64,000 nucleotides of DNA from Octopus bimaculoides (Eukaryota). Made by a program: the position numbers and the translations under genes. Under the pieces are notes generated by a model. It saw nothing but the letters and a program-made list of their open reading frames with translations. It did no database searches and was not told the origin of the DNA. Numbering within the stretch: the first letter of the stretch is position 1; each line of letters starts with the position of its first letter. The DNA is taken from positions 108,367,213 through 108,431,212 of the forward strand of contig NC_068981.1 in the NCBI RefSeq assembly GCF_001194135.2, written 5' to 3'. Of this stretch, positions 40,465 to 53,006 are shown in pieces.

Positions 40465-42590
40465 TAGCACAGGTTTTTTAGGTTTTCGCAAGCAGGGTTT
40501 TTAGTGTCCAATGAAGTAAAGATACGGATTAGTGAGCTGGCTACACTTCTGGCAGAGATCACAGATTATGCTGTCACTTGCCTTGCTAGGTCTTCTCACG
40601 TACTGCATATTTCCAAAGGTCCTGGTCACTGGTCATTGCCTCGGTGAGGCCTAAGGTTCGAAGGTCGTGCTTCACCACCTCATCCCAGGTCTTCCTGGGC
40701 TTACCTCTTCCCTCAACTGCTAGGGTGTGGCACTTTTTCACACAGCTATCCTCATCCATTCTCGCCACATGTCCATACCAGCGCAATCGTCTCTCTTGCA
40801 CACCACAACTGATGCTTCTTAGGTTCAACTTTTCTCTCAAGGTACTTACACTGTCGAGTATGCACACTTACATTTCACATTCCATCGAAGCATACGGGCT
40901 TCATTTCTTGCAAGCTTACGCATGTCCTCAGCAGTCATGGCCCATGTTTCACTGCTGTTTGTACACATGTGTCATACAGTCTGCCTTTTAATCTGAGTGA
41001 GAGGCCCTTTGTCACCAGCAGAGGTAAGGGCTCTCTAAACTTTGCCCAGGCTATTATTATTCTAGCAGCTACACTTTCAGTTCACCTTCTCCCTACTAAC
41101 TTGGTCACCTAGATAGCGGAAACTATCAACCACTTCTAGTTTTTCTCTCTGGAATGTGGCAGAAGTTCTTTTCTGCACATTTACAGTGTTTATTGCTCCT
41201 GAACATCTGCTACATACAAAAACTAACTTCCTAGTTAACCTTCCTTTGATATTGCTGCACCTCTTATGTGTCCATAGCTTGCACTGGGTGCATCTTATAG
41301 AGTTTCTACCTACGCCTTTTCTACAGATCGAGCAGGGCCATCGACCTGAAGGGGTTTGTGATTTTTCTACCTTCCTACTTATTAAGGCTTTGGTTTTAAC
41401 TAGGTTGACTCTAAGGCCCTTCGATTCTAATCCTTGCTTTCACACCTGAAACTTTTCCTCTAGTTCTGATAGTGACTCAGCAATTAGATCAAGGTCATCA
41501 GCATAGAGGAGCTCCCAGGGGCAACCTGTCTTGAATTCCTGTGTTATTGCCTGGAGGACTATGATAAATAGGCGGGGGCTGAGGACAGAACCTTGGTGGA
41601 CCCCTACCTCTACCCGGAATTCTTCACTGTACTCATTGCCAACCCTCACTTTGCTGACAGCGTCTCTGTACATGGCTCGCACAGCTCTCAGTAACCATTC
41701 TTCTATCCTTAGTTTCCTCATTGACCACCAGATGACGGATCGGGGGACCCTGTCAAAGGCTTTCTCCATGTCAACAAAAGCCAGGTACAGAGGTTTATCC
41801 TTGGCTAGGTATTTCTCCTGAAGCTGTCTTACCAGAAATATAGCATCAGTGGTGCTTTTCCCAGGCATGAACCTAAACTGATTCTCTCCCTAATTTGTTG
41901 GGCTATGACCCTCTCCGTGACTTTCATTACCTGATCTAACAGCTTGATACCTCTGTAAGTATTTGTATCTAAAGCATCACCTTTACCTTTGTAGCAGTTG
42001 ATTATGGTGCTGCTACACCAGTCATTGGGTATGACTCCTTTGTGTATCACCTGGTTAACAATACAGGTGACTAGGCTATAGCCGACACTGCCAGATATTT
42101 TGAGCACCTCTGCAGTGATTCCTGATGGGCCGGGGGCTTTCCCTGTCTTCATACTCTTAATTGCTTTATCTACCAGGGTACTGTCAACTCGGATAGCTGG
42201 TCCTTCCCTTGGGTCGACATCCGGCAGACTCTCTCTCTCCCATTCATTCTCTTTATTGAGCAATCTTTCGTAGTGGCGTCTCCAAACCTCTTTCTTTGCA
42301 GCCTCATTTAGTGCAAACGTACCATCATCCATGCAAACACATTTCTCTTCCACGGCATCACGATTCTCTCTCACACAGCGTCTTGCAACACGAAATACCT
42401 GAAGTCTTTGGTCCTCACGGCGCAGAACATTGGCAAACTTTTCCTTATCTGCTTCTCCTCTGGCTAAATAAACCTGTCGCCAAGCTTCCCTTCTGGCAGT
42501 CTTGATACAATTCCCTGCTACCACCGTTCTTCCAGTCCTGTTTCTTTTCCCTAATTGCCCTGTCAACAACATTGTTCCACCACCATGTTA
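40465..42590 (-). mobile_element. RTE LINE (about 2.1 kb, 5'-truncated, frameshifted RT)
   Basis: ORFs 41829-42572, 41440-41868 (AFVDMEKAFDRVP...GVHQGSVLSP...CPWELLYADDL) and 40586-40867 (RRLRWYGHVARM...RGKPRKTW). Confidence 0.93.
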
Positions 42591-42832
42591 CAAGTGTTTT
42601 ATATTTAATGACGTTTAATTTTTAAGACTTCTAATTTGTTGGTATTGTCCTTTGTGTACCTTGAAAATACCTCCACTGATACTGATATAATGCACTGCTT
42701 AAGCTAGAGGTTAGAACTGAAAAATCTCAGAAGACACCACCAATGTTGCTGTGTGACTTATCTTTGGAAAGGTTTACATATAAAGGTGGACTTATGATTT
42801 TTTTCCCATGTTAGTCATGCAGTTTGTAACTA

Positions 42833-42993
42833 CCGTATTTTAACATGTATAAGGAACCCTCTAATTTTTGGGGCTCAAAATTTGGAAAAAAGGTTTTGTA
42901 AGGGATTATAATACTATCCGTGTATAAGAAACTCCCATATTTTTTTAACCTAATTTTTGACAAAAAAGGTTCCTTATACACGTTAAAATATGG
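42833..42993. mobile_element. Pogo/Tigger-type MITE
   Basis: TA-flanked TIRs ccgtattttaacatgtataaggaacc / ggttccttatacacgttaaaatatgg. Confidence 0.8.
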
Positions 42994-43137
42994 TAATTTA
43001 AAAATTTTGTAAGTTAAATGATCAGGAACATTTGTGATCCACACTAATGTTTCCAGATCAGATCTAAGAAGCTCCTGGCAATATTTGATTTCATGTGGAA
43101 ACTAAACAGAACCCAGTTTTCAAGTACTTTGTTGTAG

Positions 43138-43520
43138 GTGTAGCCATGGCACTGTGGTAAGAAATTTACTTCCCAACTACATGGCTCCAGGTTCAGTCCC
43201 ACTGGGTAGTACCTTGGGTAGGTGTCTTATACTATAGCTTCAGGTTGACCAAAGCCTTGACTGAATTTGGTAGACAGAAACTGAAAGAAGCCTGTTATAC
43301 ATATATACATACACACATGTCTTCACCTCTGTTTATCTCTCAACATCACTTGATAACTGGTGTTGGTATGTTTATGTCTCCAAAACTTAGTGGCTGAGCA
43401 AGAGACTGATAGAATAAGTACCAGGCTTAACAAAATACTAAGTACTGGGGTTGATTTATTTGACTAAAAATTCTTCAAAGTGGTACCTCATCTTAGCCGC
43501 ATACTGATGATTAAAACAAT
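43138..43520 (+). mobile_element. SINE family B copy
   Basis: Same head, TA/CA tract and tail as other family B copies. Confidence 0.78.
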
Positions 43521-44093
43521 TAAGTGATAAAAGATGACTTGCAGTTCTGTTGAACATTCTTATCAGATTACAAACTGGAGATACTTCCACTAACATTGCT
43601 GACAAGATTCTTAAAAATGGTAGGAGCATGATTGAAATCGGTTTTGATGTAAATGACCCTCTGATTTTCTGTATGGTTTGTATTTGCATGTGCCAAAATT
43701 TAATCTTGTGTAGGAAGTTGACTGCTATTACACTGTGAAAATGATATTAAAGTTTTCTTTTAATGAACCGATTACCTTTTTTTTCCCTATTCTATCTAGT
43801 TTGTGCCAGTTTATATTGTTAGAAACAGCTGGACTATCATATCTGCCCAAGCAAAAATCTGGTGATAATCAGATTTAAATTTTATCAACACCATAGAAGA
43901 AATTTATATATACATATATATATAAAAAAGAAAAAATGATTTCAGATTCTACTAACTGGAATTCTACCTGGAGCCTATAGAAGTTCATGTTATTCCATTA
44001 CTGCTTTATCAACTGACCATATTGTAATTATTTCTACCCACATCTAAGAAATTAAATTTAATAGGATGTAAATTAGACAGAATGGTAATAAAT

Positions 44094-44125
<32 letters not shown>

Positions 44126-44525
44126 ATTTTCATTTGCATATTTAATAAATGTGTATTTAGCCTTGCAATGCAAATAAACTCTGAAGCTAAACAATTGGCA
44201 GACAGTATGGTAGAGCTATTTGAGAGTAGACGTGTGGATAAGCACTTCCCTTGTGAAATTCTCTTTTAGTGTCATGACAAAGTTAGGCTTTTATTTTGGG
44301 GTGATTCTGTCGCGAATGTTTATATATTATTCTTTCTGCCTTTAGAAGAATTTGTTGTCTGTGTATCCTGGTGAGATCTTTTGCTTTGCAGTGTTGCCTG
44401 AACATAGTTTTTAACCATATAAGAAGTTTTCTTGCCATTTGCTTTGCCAATTTCTATTTCAGTTTACAAGTTAGATTTATATTGACAATATCATGCATTG
44501 AATCTTTTGATATAATTTAGGTAAT

Positions 44526-45205
44526 GTACTGGCTCTTGTGCGGGTGACACATGAAATTATTCGAGTGAGTTCGTTGCCAGTGCCCCTGGAGTGGCTCATG
44601 TGCGGGCGACACATGAAATCTTTCGAGCGGGATCGTTGCCGGTGCCCCTGGACTGGCTCATGTGCGGGCGACACATGAAATCTTTCGAGCGGGATTGTTG
44701 CCGGTGCCCCTGGATTGGCTCATGTGCGGGCGACACATGNNNNNNNNNNNNNNNNNNNNNNNNNNNNNNNNNNNNNNNNNNNNNNNNNNNNNNNNNNNNN
44801 NNNNNNNNNNNNNNNNNNNNNNNNNNNNNNNNNNNNNNNNNNNNNNNNNNNNNNNNNNNNNNNNNNNNNNNNNNNNNNNNNNNNNNNNNNNNNNNNNNNN
44901 NNNNNNNNNNNNNNNNNNNNNNNNNNNNNNNNNNCTATTTCAGTTTACAAGTTAGATTTATATTGACAATATCATGCATTGAATCTTTTGATATAATTTA
45001 GGTAATGTACTGGCTCTTGTGCGGGTGACACGTAAAAGCACCCACTACACTCTGAGTGGTTGGCGTTAGGAAGGGCATCCAGCTGTAGAAACTCTGCCAA
45101 ATCAGATTGGAGCCTGGTGTAGCCATCTGGTTTCACCAGTCTTCAGTCAAATTGTCCAACCCATGCTAGCATGGAAAGCGGACGTTAAACAACGACGACG
45201 ATGAC
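44526..45205 (+). mobile_element. RTE 3'-UTR element with ~60-bp minisatellite across a gap
   Basis: Tandem gtgcccctggactggctcatgtgcgggcgacacatgaaatctttcgagcgggatcgttgcc units at 44526-44739; 3' UTR and (GAC/GAT)n tail at about 45010-45205. Confidence 0.85.
44740..44934. other. Assembly gap (N) inside minisatellite
   Basis: N run. Confidence 0.99.
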
Positions 45206-46330
45206 GACATACCAACTACCAATTTCTGTGGCTTTCGTTCTTCAATTTGAAGTGTTTGTGTCTATTAACTAATATAAGTTTATTGTACAGTATGAATGCG
45301 AAAATTTTAGATTTCTGTAAAAAAGGACAGTTTATTTTTGTATTCAATAGAGTATTTACAACTTATGTACATACATGTAGACATGTACGTGTATGCATGC
45401 AAAGATATGTTTCTATTCTTTAGAGTGAAAAAAAAAAAGGGATGGGCAACAATTTATATCTGAAATTTCATGGCATACATATCAGTGTTTAAGATACATT
45501 CCTTAAACAAAAAGCCAAGTTAATTATTCTCAAAAATATCTCTCAAACTAAAATAATGGTAACAGTCCAAAAACTATTAATACGTATGTAAATTTTTACA
45601 ACTTCCAGCCATCATTATTACTTTGAGAGAGACAGTTGATAAATGGAGACATTTGAAGCAGCTGTGCTCATTTGTCTCTCACTATTACCTTATATAGTTT
45701 TACAATTTGTGTTGGTCAGATAGTGATATTACAGCACAACCAGGCAGTAACACATATCCTGACCAACAAACATTAAAAAATTTAATCAATAATGAACTTT
45801 TAATTCTACATACCTGTGAGGTTCTAGGTTCAACCACAAATTGACCAATGCCTTATGAGTGAAATTTGATAAACAGATACTGTGTGGAAACCCCTCCATG
45901 CTTTTACTAATTGTGGTAGATGCTAGATAGTCATCTTGGCCTCACATATGACCAAAAAGAAGAAAAAAACATCCAGAAGGGAGAGATGGTAGCACTTCCA
46001 CCTGACAAGCAAGGAAAATTGAATGCAAAGACAGTAGGAATATAAACGTCTATATTATAGTAAACACACTATGTAGCCATATCATTAAAATGGGAGCAAT
46101 AACCTCCAGCCCAATTTGCAATAGATTTTCAAGAAAAACCATATTGATAGCTGTTTCTATTATAGAGATGTGTTTGAAAATGGTGACGAAAATAAATTGC
46201 ACATTATCAATTCTTTGATGTCAAATTTTCCTTACATGAACTTGAGATTAATGCAATTAAAGAATAAACAAAAACAAAGTTAAAAGAAGAAATAAAAAAT
46301 GGATTTATGGACAAAATAATGAAGTATGAT

Positions 46331-46397
46331 TCAATCTTTCATCTCTCCCTCTTCGTCTTCTTCCTCTACTCCTCTTATATATAAAACATTGTTGCAT
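46331..46397 (-). CDS. SNRPF: SmF exon 4 (A-CNNVLYIRGVEEEDEEGEMKD*)
   Basis: Acceptor ttttgtttcag; phase 2 completes the Arg codon from exon 3; matches the SmF C-terminus; TGA at 46331-46333. Confidence 0.96.
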
Positions 46398-46895
46398 CTG
46401 AAACAAAATATTAAGTCAAAATCAGAAAGAAATTCCTTTACTAATATATAAAATATATAAATAAGAAAGTTTAGAATGAATATATAATGGAATAACTTTA
46501 AGCTAATAAAAAATTACAAAATGCAAATTTTGGATTTAAAGTTTAAACTAAAAAAAAAAAAAAACCTTAAAAACAACAAATTTCACATATATTTTAAAGT
46601 TGAAACTGTAAGCAATATCAAAGTTTGCAAACTTGATTGTAATATATAACAAATATACTCTTATTAATTACTGATAATTTATGAAGCTACCAAAGATAAA
46701 CTCATACTTGCAAGAGTAATTCAGAAGTTAGTTTTGCCTTGCAGTTTTAGGTTCAGTTCTACTGTGACATATTAAGCAAGTGTCATCTACTCTAGCTCAA
46801 GGCTGATTAACGCCTTGAGTGAATTTAGTAGACAAATGTGTGAATATTTACATTCTGCACTTCATACAAAAAAGTACTGAACTAGAAGCAGTGAT

Positions 46896-47152
46896 TCAGT
46901 TCTATATTTAAGAGATGAGGAATTATGTACATTATTTACATTCGACGGATATTTGTCCTCATCTTGTTTGTTAACACGTTTCAGCTGATATACCCTCCAG
47001 CCTTCATTAGGTGTCTTGGGGAAATTTTGAACTTGGGTTCTCATTCCTAAGGTATTTTTTGATGTTGTTATTATTGTTCAGGTGACTGCTTAGAATCAAA
47101 CTCAGAATCTTGGGGTTAATAGCCAGCACTCTTAATCACTATGCCATATGCC
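46896..47152 (-). mobile_element. tRNA-derived SINE carrying a hammerhead-ribozyme-like domain
   Basis: Head GGCATATGGCATAGTGATTAAG (box A) ... GAGTTTGATTC (decayed box B); downstream acac-CTAATGA-A-GGCTG-gagggtatat-CAGCT-GAAAC-GT-GTT at 46972-47016; possible TSD cagtgat at 46889-46895 and 47152-47158. Confidence 0.65.
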
Positions 47153-47599
47153 AGTGATGTTTGTTGACATTGTGTGTCTCTCTGTTTTCAAAGATAAGTG
47201 GAATGAACATCCCTTATTTGAAAAACAGGTTAAGTGTTAGGCATTGGCTGGCCTGATCCTTGAGTAGAAACCACTTACCCAAGGTATGTGCATGACACAC
47301 ACCACATGGTCACAACCTGCATCTTGTATATGTCATCATTTTTACACAGGTATCAAAGATGAAGCTCATCATGCCCACTCATCTCTTTTATGAGGTTTAG
47401 CCAGAGATCAGTTTCCACCACTTTAATGTCTTCCTCTTTCAAATGTTATAATTACTTGGATCATTTGCAACTTCTTTTTTCAACTGTCCTTTCCCATAAA
47501 CAACACCCAAATTAAAACCTGAGTTTTAATTTGGTATTGTTCATGCTATGCTGAGTATAGTACAAGACTTTTCTAGATTCTATCTGTGTGCTATTGAAG

Positions 47600-48350
47600 G
47601 AGACTAGGTTGTCATACTACAATTGGAAGAGGTTTTTGAAGTCTTTGTTCATGGCAGCTGTATGAGTATGGTGCAACGTGTCACATCTGTGTAAAGGTTA
47701 ACAAGTGAATGGCGGTATCATCTACATCATATAGTGTTGTTATAAGTGATAATAAGTATCATGTTGACACATATCAAAACTGAAGGAATTCAAAGTGAAA
47801 AGAATTTTGTCAATGCATGTGACAATAAAGAAATCTGAGAGGAAACTTTCAGTCCAAAAGATCAGAGATGGATGGTATCCACAGGATGGCTAAAAAGTTC
47901 ACATGCTAGACACAAAAGATTCTGTTAGGGCACTGCTTTTGTCCATGCTCTCAAGATGACTGATATTGAAGTACAAATCTCCAATAAATCTAGTTCTACC
48001 AAAAAACTTTACTGAGAGACCCTCCATTGAGATGAGAGAAAGATTCTAAGTGATAATCACAAGTCAGGGTCAAAGAGGTTGTCCTAGAGAATGAGAGTGC
48101 ATATTGATTTACATAAAGAGAATGGAAACTTGTTTGAGCACACCATTTCAGAGTAATGAAAGACCACAGGTAGGTTCAGCCACTTTGTTAGGTTGAAGTA
48201 AATTGAAAAGTCTTTATACTTGGCTATTCAGTATCTGGTGGTGAGACAGGTAGTGTGAAGGTGAATTTAGTTCTTGATATCCAAGTGTGAGTGGATTAAA
48301 TTGCTTGAGAGTAAAGTTAGTATATAAAGACTGGACAACAGTCTATGATA
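47600..48350 (-). mobile_element. Very old LINE RT remnant (CR1/L2-like)
   Basis: ggcggtatcatctacatcata reads YDVDDTA on the minus strand (degenerate YADD); otherwise decayed. Confidence 0.35.
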
Positions 48351-48425
48351 GCCACAACACTTTGGTTAATTGAAAATGTATAAAGTAATTCAAAAATAAA
48401 AACAATTCAATATAATGTGACTTGC

Positions 48426-48490
48426 CTCAAAAACACTTCTCCTAAATTTCCAGCTAATGCACCATCAATATACTCTTCAGTGTTGGCCAA
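48426..48490 (-). CDS. SNRPF: SmF exon 3 ([23 protein letters not shown])
   Basis: 65-nt exon with acceptor atattcacag; matches Sm[23 protein letters not shown]; donor AG|GCAAGT. Confidence 0.95.
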
Positions 48491-49453
48491 CTGTGAATAT
48501 CAAAATAATTATTCTTTAGTAACATTTTCTAAAAATACATTTTTTGTTAAAGGGAGATAAAAAAAACACACCCCAAAGCTTAACGTTTATAATTTTCAAT
48601 AGCCTGAGCTATCAAACAGTGAAACCTACCAAGGAACAAATTTAGCTTCAGATGCTATTAGTTGGATTCAGTTACCACAGCCAAGGCACAAAACTTTGAT
48701 TGGGAAGCCACTACATGGTCACTCAATTTGCTGGGAATAACAGCCAAATCTCCTTCAGACTACTGACTGAAATAAGGAAACAGCACATTAGACACTTGTC
48801 CTAAAACCTCTGAAAAGACAGGGTCTACTTGAGCAGAGCTAACCTAGAATTAAATTTGTTTGAATTAACCCAAAATATGTACCATGAGTAGGTATAGTTC
48901 ACTGTTGTAAACAATGAGAACAATGCATGATTAAAGCTTATGTGGTGAGCCTTTTAGCACTCTTAGGTGGTCACACTGATAAAAGAGCACATATGGCCAC
49001 TGTTCAATCAATACAATTATGAGCCAAACTTCTATCTGGTAGCTTGATTGGTAGCCAAATTTCCATTAAATTAAACCCTATAGTGTGGGAAAGACAGACA
49101 GAGATAATGTAATCCTGAATAGGAAATGTTTGCCATGGTCTTGACTGGAATCACTATCATTTTAATGTCCACTTTTGCATGGGTCAGATGGAATTTGTTG
49201 AGGCTGCTCTTAATAATAGATCTGCTGTCAGTGATGATCCAGGACTAAATAACAACAACCAAATTGATTGCCATTATGACTTGGTGTGAAAGAAAAATTC
49301 AGTTAATAAGGCCTTGTTCAAACTGTAATCACTTACATAACATGGAGTAAGAAATTTTACATTCTTTACAAAACATTTGTTCCCCATTTGATTTTTAAAA
49401 CCAATTGGCGAATTACTAGTATTGCGGTTCAAAGAATGGGAAAACAGTCTTAC

Positions 49454-49579
49454 CTGTAAGTTCATGTAGCCATCTATAGATACAAGATAACCTTTATATT
49501 CCATGCCCCATTTTAATTTTATTATGACTGGTTTTCCTGTCAAACCATTTAAAAATGGTTTGGGGTTAATTGGCATAGT
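49454..49579 (-). CDS. SNRPF: SmF exon 2 ([42 protein letters not shown])
   Basis: 126-nt exon with acceptor cttttctttag and donor CAG|GTAAGA; Sm1 motif. Confidence 0.97.
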
Positions 49580-49789
49580 CTAAAGAAAAGAAACAAAGCA
49601 AAAACAAGAACTAAGTTACAACTGAGAACAAAATTTAAAATCAATATATTTCTAAATATAAGCATATTTACCTCTGAGGAGCTTATACGTAGAATAGAGT
49701 TAGCAAAAGTAAATACACATGCTGTTATACAGCAAAGTGAAATTACCCCACCCCTCAGCATAAGTTACTTGTGAGTGACTTCAAACTGT

Positions 49790-51235
49790 AGGTATGAATG
49801 ATTTCAAGTTGCAAGCCAGTTTAGAAAAGAAGGATCAAGAAGTTTAAGGATCCTCTGAATAGTCAGAAGTTTAGGGATCTCTTAAGCAAAGCATTTGATG
49901 AAGAGGAGGAAATACAGATCTGCAATATAGAGGATAACTGGGAGTTCCTATGAGACAACTTACTGAGAGCCACAGACCAAATTTGTCGGTGATGCAAAGT
50001 CCCAACCAGACCTAAGGTACTATGGTGGTGGAACAATGTAGTTGACAGGGCCATTAAAGCAAAGAAACAGGTGTGGAAGGACTGGAAGGGTAGTGGTAGC
50101 AAGGAGCTATATCAGGCAGCTAGGAAGCAGGTATACTTAGCCAGGGATGAACCAGAAAAGAAGTTTGCCAATGTTCTGCAGCGTGAGGACTAGTGGCTTG
50201 AAGTGTTTCGGTTTGTAAGAGAGTGTGCCAGGGAAAATTGCAATGCTGTGGGAGAGAAGTGTGTTTGCATTAATGATGGTTCACTTGCAGTTAGTGACTC
50301 TGCAAAGAAAGAGGCTTGGAAGTGCTACTATGAAAGGCTACTAAATGTAGAGAACTCATGGGAGAAGGAGAGCCTGCCTAATGTTGATCCAACAGAGTGA
50401 CCAGCAATCTGAATATACAGTAGCGTTGTAGACAAAGCCATACAGGATATGAAGACAGGGAAAGCTCCAAGCACAACAGGAATCACCGCTGAGATGCTTA
50501 AAATATCTGCTAGTATAAGTTATGGCCTAGTCACTTGTATAGTTTATCAGGTGGTACACGAAGGAGTCATACCCAATGACTGGTGTAGCAGCATCACAGT
50601 CAACTGCTATAAAAGTAAAGGTGATGCCTTAGATAGAAATAAATACAGAGGTATCAAATTGTTAGATCAGGTGATGAAAGTCACAGAGAGGGTCATAGCC
50701 TGACTAATTAGGGAGAGAGTTAGTCTAATTGAGAAGCAGTTTGGCTTTGTGTCTGGGAGAAGCACCACTGATGCTATATTTCTGCTAAGACAGCTGCAGG
50801 AGAAATACCTAGTCAAAGATAAACCTCTGTACTTGGCTTTTGTTGACATGGAGAAAGCCTTTGACAGGGTCCCCTGATACCTTATCTGGTTGGTGAGAGC
50901 TGTAAAGCTATGTACAGGGATGCTGTCAGTAAGGGTACAGCGACGATTTCAGGGTACAAGTAGGAGTTCACCAAGGATCAGTTCAGCCCTCTCTTGTTCA
51001 ACATAGTCCTCCAGGCAAAAACAGAATGTAAGATGGGTTGTCCCTGGGAGCTCCTCTATGCAGATGACCTTGTTCTTATAGCTGAATCACTACCAGAACT
51101 AGAGAAGAAATTTCAAGTGTGGAAGCAAGGTCTGGAAGTGAAGAGCCTTAGAGTTAACCTAACAAAAACCCATGTCTTAGTAAGTAGGAAAGCAGACAAA
51201 CCACAAATCCCTTCAGGTAGATAGATAGCCCTGCT
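49790..51235 (+). mobile_element. RTE LINE RT fragment (stops and frameshifts) in SNRPF intron 1
   Basis: ORFs 50203-50400, 50449-50703 and 50994-51224 (CPWELLYADDLVLIAES). Confidence 0.9.
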
Positions 51236-51249
51236 TGATCTGTAGGAAA

Positions 51250-51830
51250 GGCGTTTGGATGGTGCTTTTTACATGCCACCAGCACGGGGAGCCAGTCAGG
51301 CGGCAATGGCAATGACCCACACATAAATGGTGCTTATTGCGTGCCACCAGCATGGGAACCAGTCAGGCAGCACTGGCATCAGCCACAACTACAATTTCCA
51401 TTTGATTTGATTTTGATTTTACTTGACTCAATAGGTCTCCTTAAGCACGGCGTGTCGCCTGACAGTTCAAAGGTACTTTTTAAATGAGCTGGTTATGTGA
51501 CATTAGTGTAGGCTACGGCTGTGATCTCACTTTACTTGCCGGATCTTCTCAATCACAACATATCTCCAGAGGTCTTGGTCTTTTGTCATTGCCTCTGTGA
51601 GGCCCAATGTTCGAAGGTCATGCATCACCACCTCACCCCATGTCTTCCTGGGTCTCCCTCTTCCACAGGTTCCTTCTACTGTTAGGGAGTGACATGTCTT
51701 CACACAGCTCTCCTCGTCCATATGTAGCACATGACCATACCAGCACAGTTGTCTCTCTTGCACACATCTGATGCTTCTTATGTCCAACATTTCTCTCAGG
51801 GTGGTTACACTCTGTCGTGTGTGCACAGAA
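51250..51830 (-). mobile_element. RTE LINE 3' end, tail-to-tail with the preceding fragment
   Basis: ORF 51527-51856 reads QLCWYGHVLHM...GRGRPRKTWGEVV, followed by 3' UTR. Confidence 0.85.
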
Positions 51831-52129
51831 ATGCAAAGGTCGTGAGAAATACTCAAAATGGAAATTCATGCTCAATCTTCATTTTCTTTTAGACGACAAT
51901 TTGTTATAGGGTTAAGCTTTGAGAAGTTTTTGGAATAGCTGTCCTTCAAACTCCTATGTCCTTATAGAAAAGGACATGGAAATAGGAGCAAGAATGTAAA
52001 AAAAAAAAAAATTTTCTTTTGTAATTCCATTGTGAGAACCACAGGTATAGTAAGAGAAATGAAGGGAAAGAAATCACCCCAAACCTTATTCTTTTCCCTT
52101 TCCCATCAGGTACGGGATTTTGAGAGACA

Positions 52130-53006
52130 AGTACTTCAAAACTCTGCCAATCAATAACGCTTTTGATGGTTCTGAAGATTATAAGGTGTCAGACCAAATC
52201 ATGCACCTCATCGGTCTCTCAATGTGAGAGTTTCATCTAGAGATGATGTCAAAACCCTGCCCAAATACTACTCAGAGTCGTTAAGAACTTAATTCCACCA
52301 AAAGGGGTTAAGCTTGCAAACAATATTGAAGGCTCAGAACAATTTGATGGTGATAGCATTGAGTAAAAAGCTACTGAAATTGAGTTGGAAGATGAAAGCG
52401 AGCCATCTGGAAATCTTTTTGTGGTGATTGACCCACCCGGAGAAATCCCCATGGAGGTCTCGGAGGAGCCAAAGCATGGTCTGCCAAACATGATGGGAGG
52501 CTCTATCTCTCTTGCAGGAATCAACAGTGATGATCAGGTTAATAAAGAGGCCCTGTTCCTTGTCTATCATCTATACCTATTTACAGAATGCTGTTATATT
52601 ATGTATAGTACAATAAATACTGCAAATTCACGAAACAGTAATTATACTCATTTCATTGTTTTAGTTTTCTTTCTTTTAAAGACGTGTTGCTTGTATCAAT
52701 ATCTGTTTAGTTCACAGCATTTAAGAAAAAAATCCCATAATTACCAAATGTCATATTTTTATTATCCAAATGTATATCTTAACTAAAGTGAACGTTTGAA
52801 GCACACGTATGTGCTAATTTCACTTGCCTCTTGTTTATTTTTATTTTGCTTCGTTGTGTCATTATATGAGCTTTAAAATGCTTTCTTCCTAATTTTCGTA
52901 CATATACTATACAATTACTGATCCCCACTCACCCGCTTATATGACTAAGTAAATATCTAACCCACCCGCTTGTTCCAGCGCCCCACTATTATTTGGGACC
53001 CGAGAG
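52130..53006 (+). mobile_element. Pogo-type transposon 3' remnant
   Basis: FKTLPINNAFDGSEDYKV resembles the pogo C-terminal SNALDGSED motif; TIR-like end ttatttgggacccgagag followed by TA. Confidence 0.45.

Noticed and set aside
52385-52786. 133-aa ORF MEDESEPSG...
   Set aside because: No family match recognised; it lies in a decayed pogo-like remnant with nearby stops and runs into AT-rich non-coding sequence.
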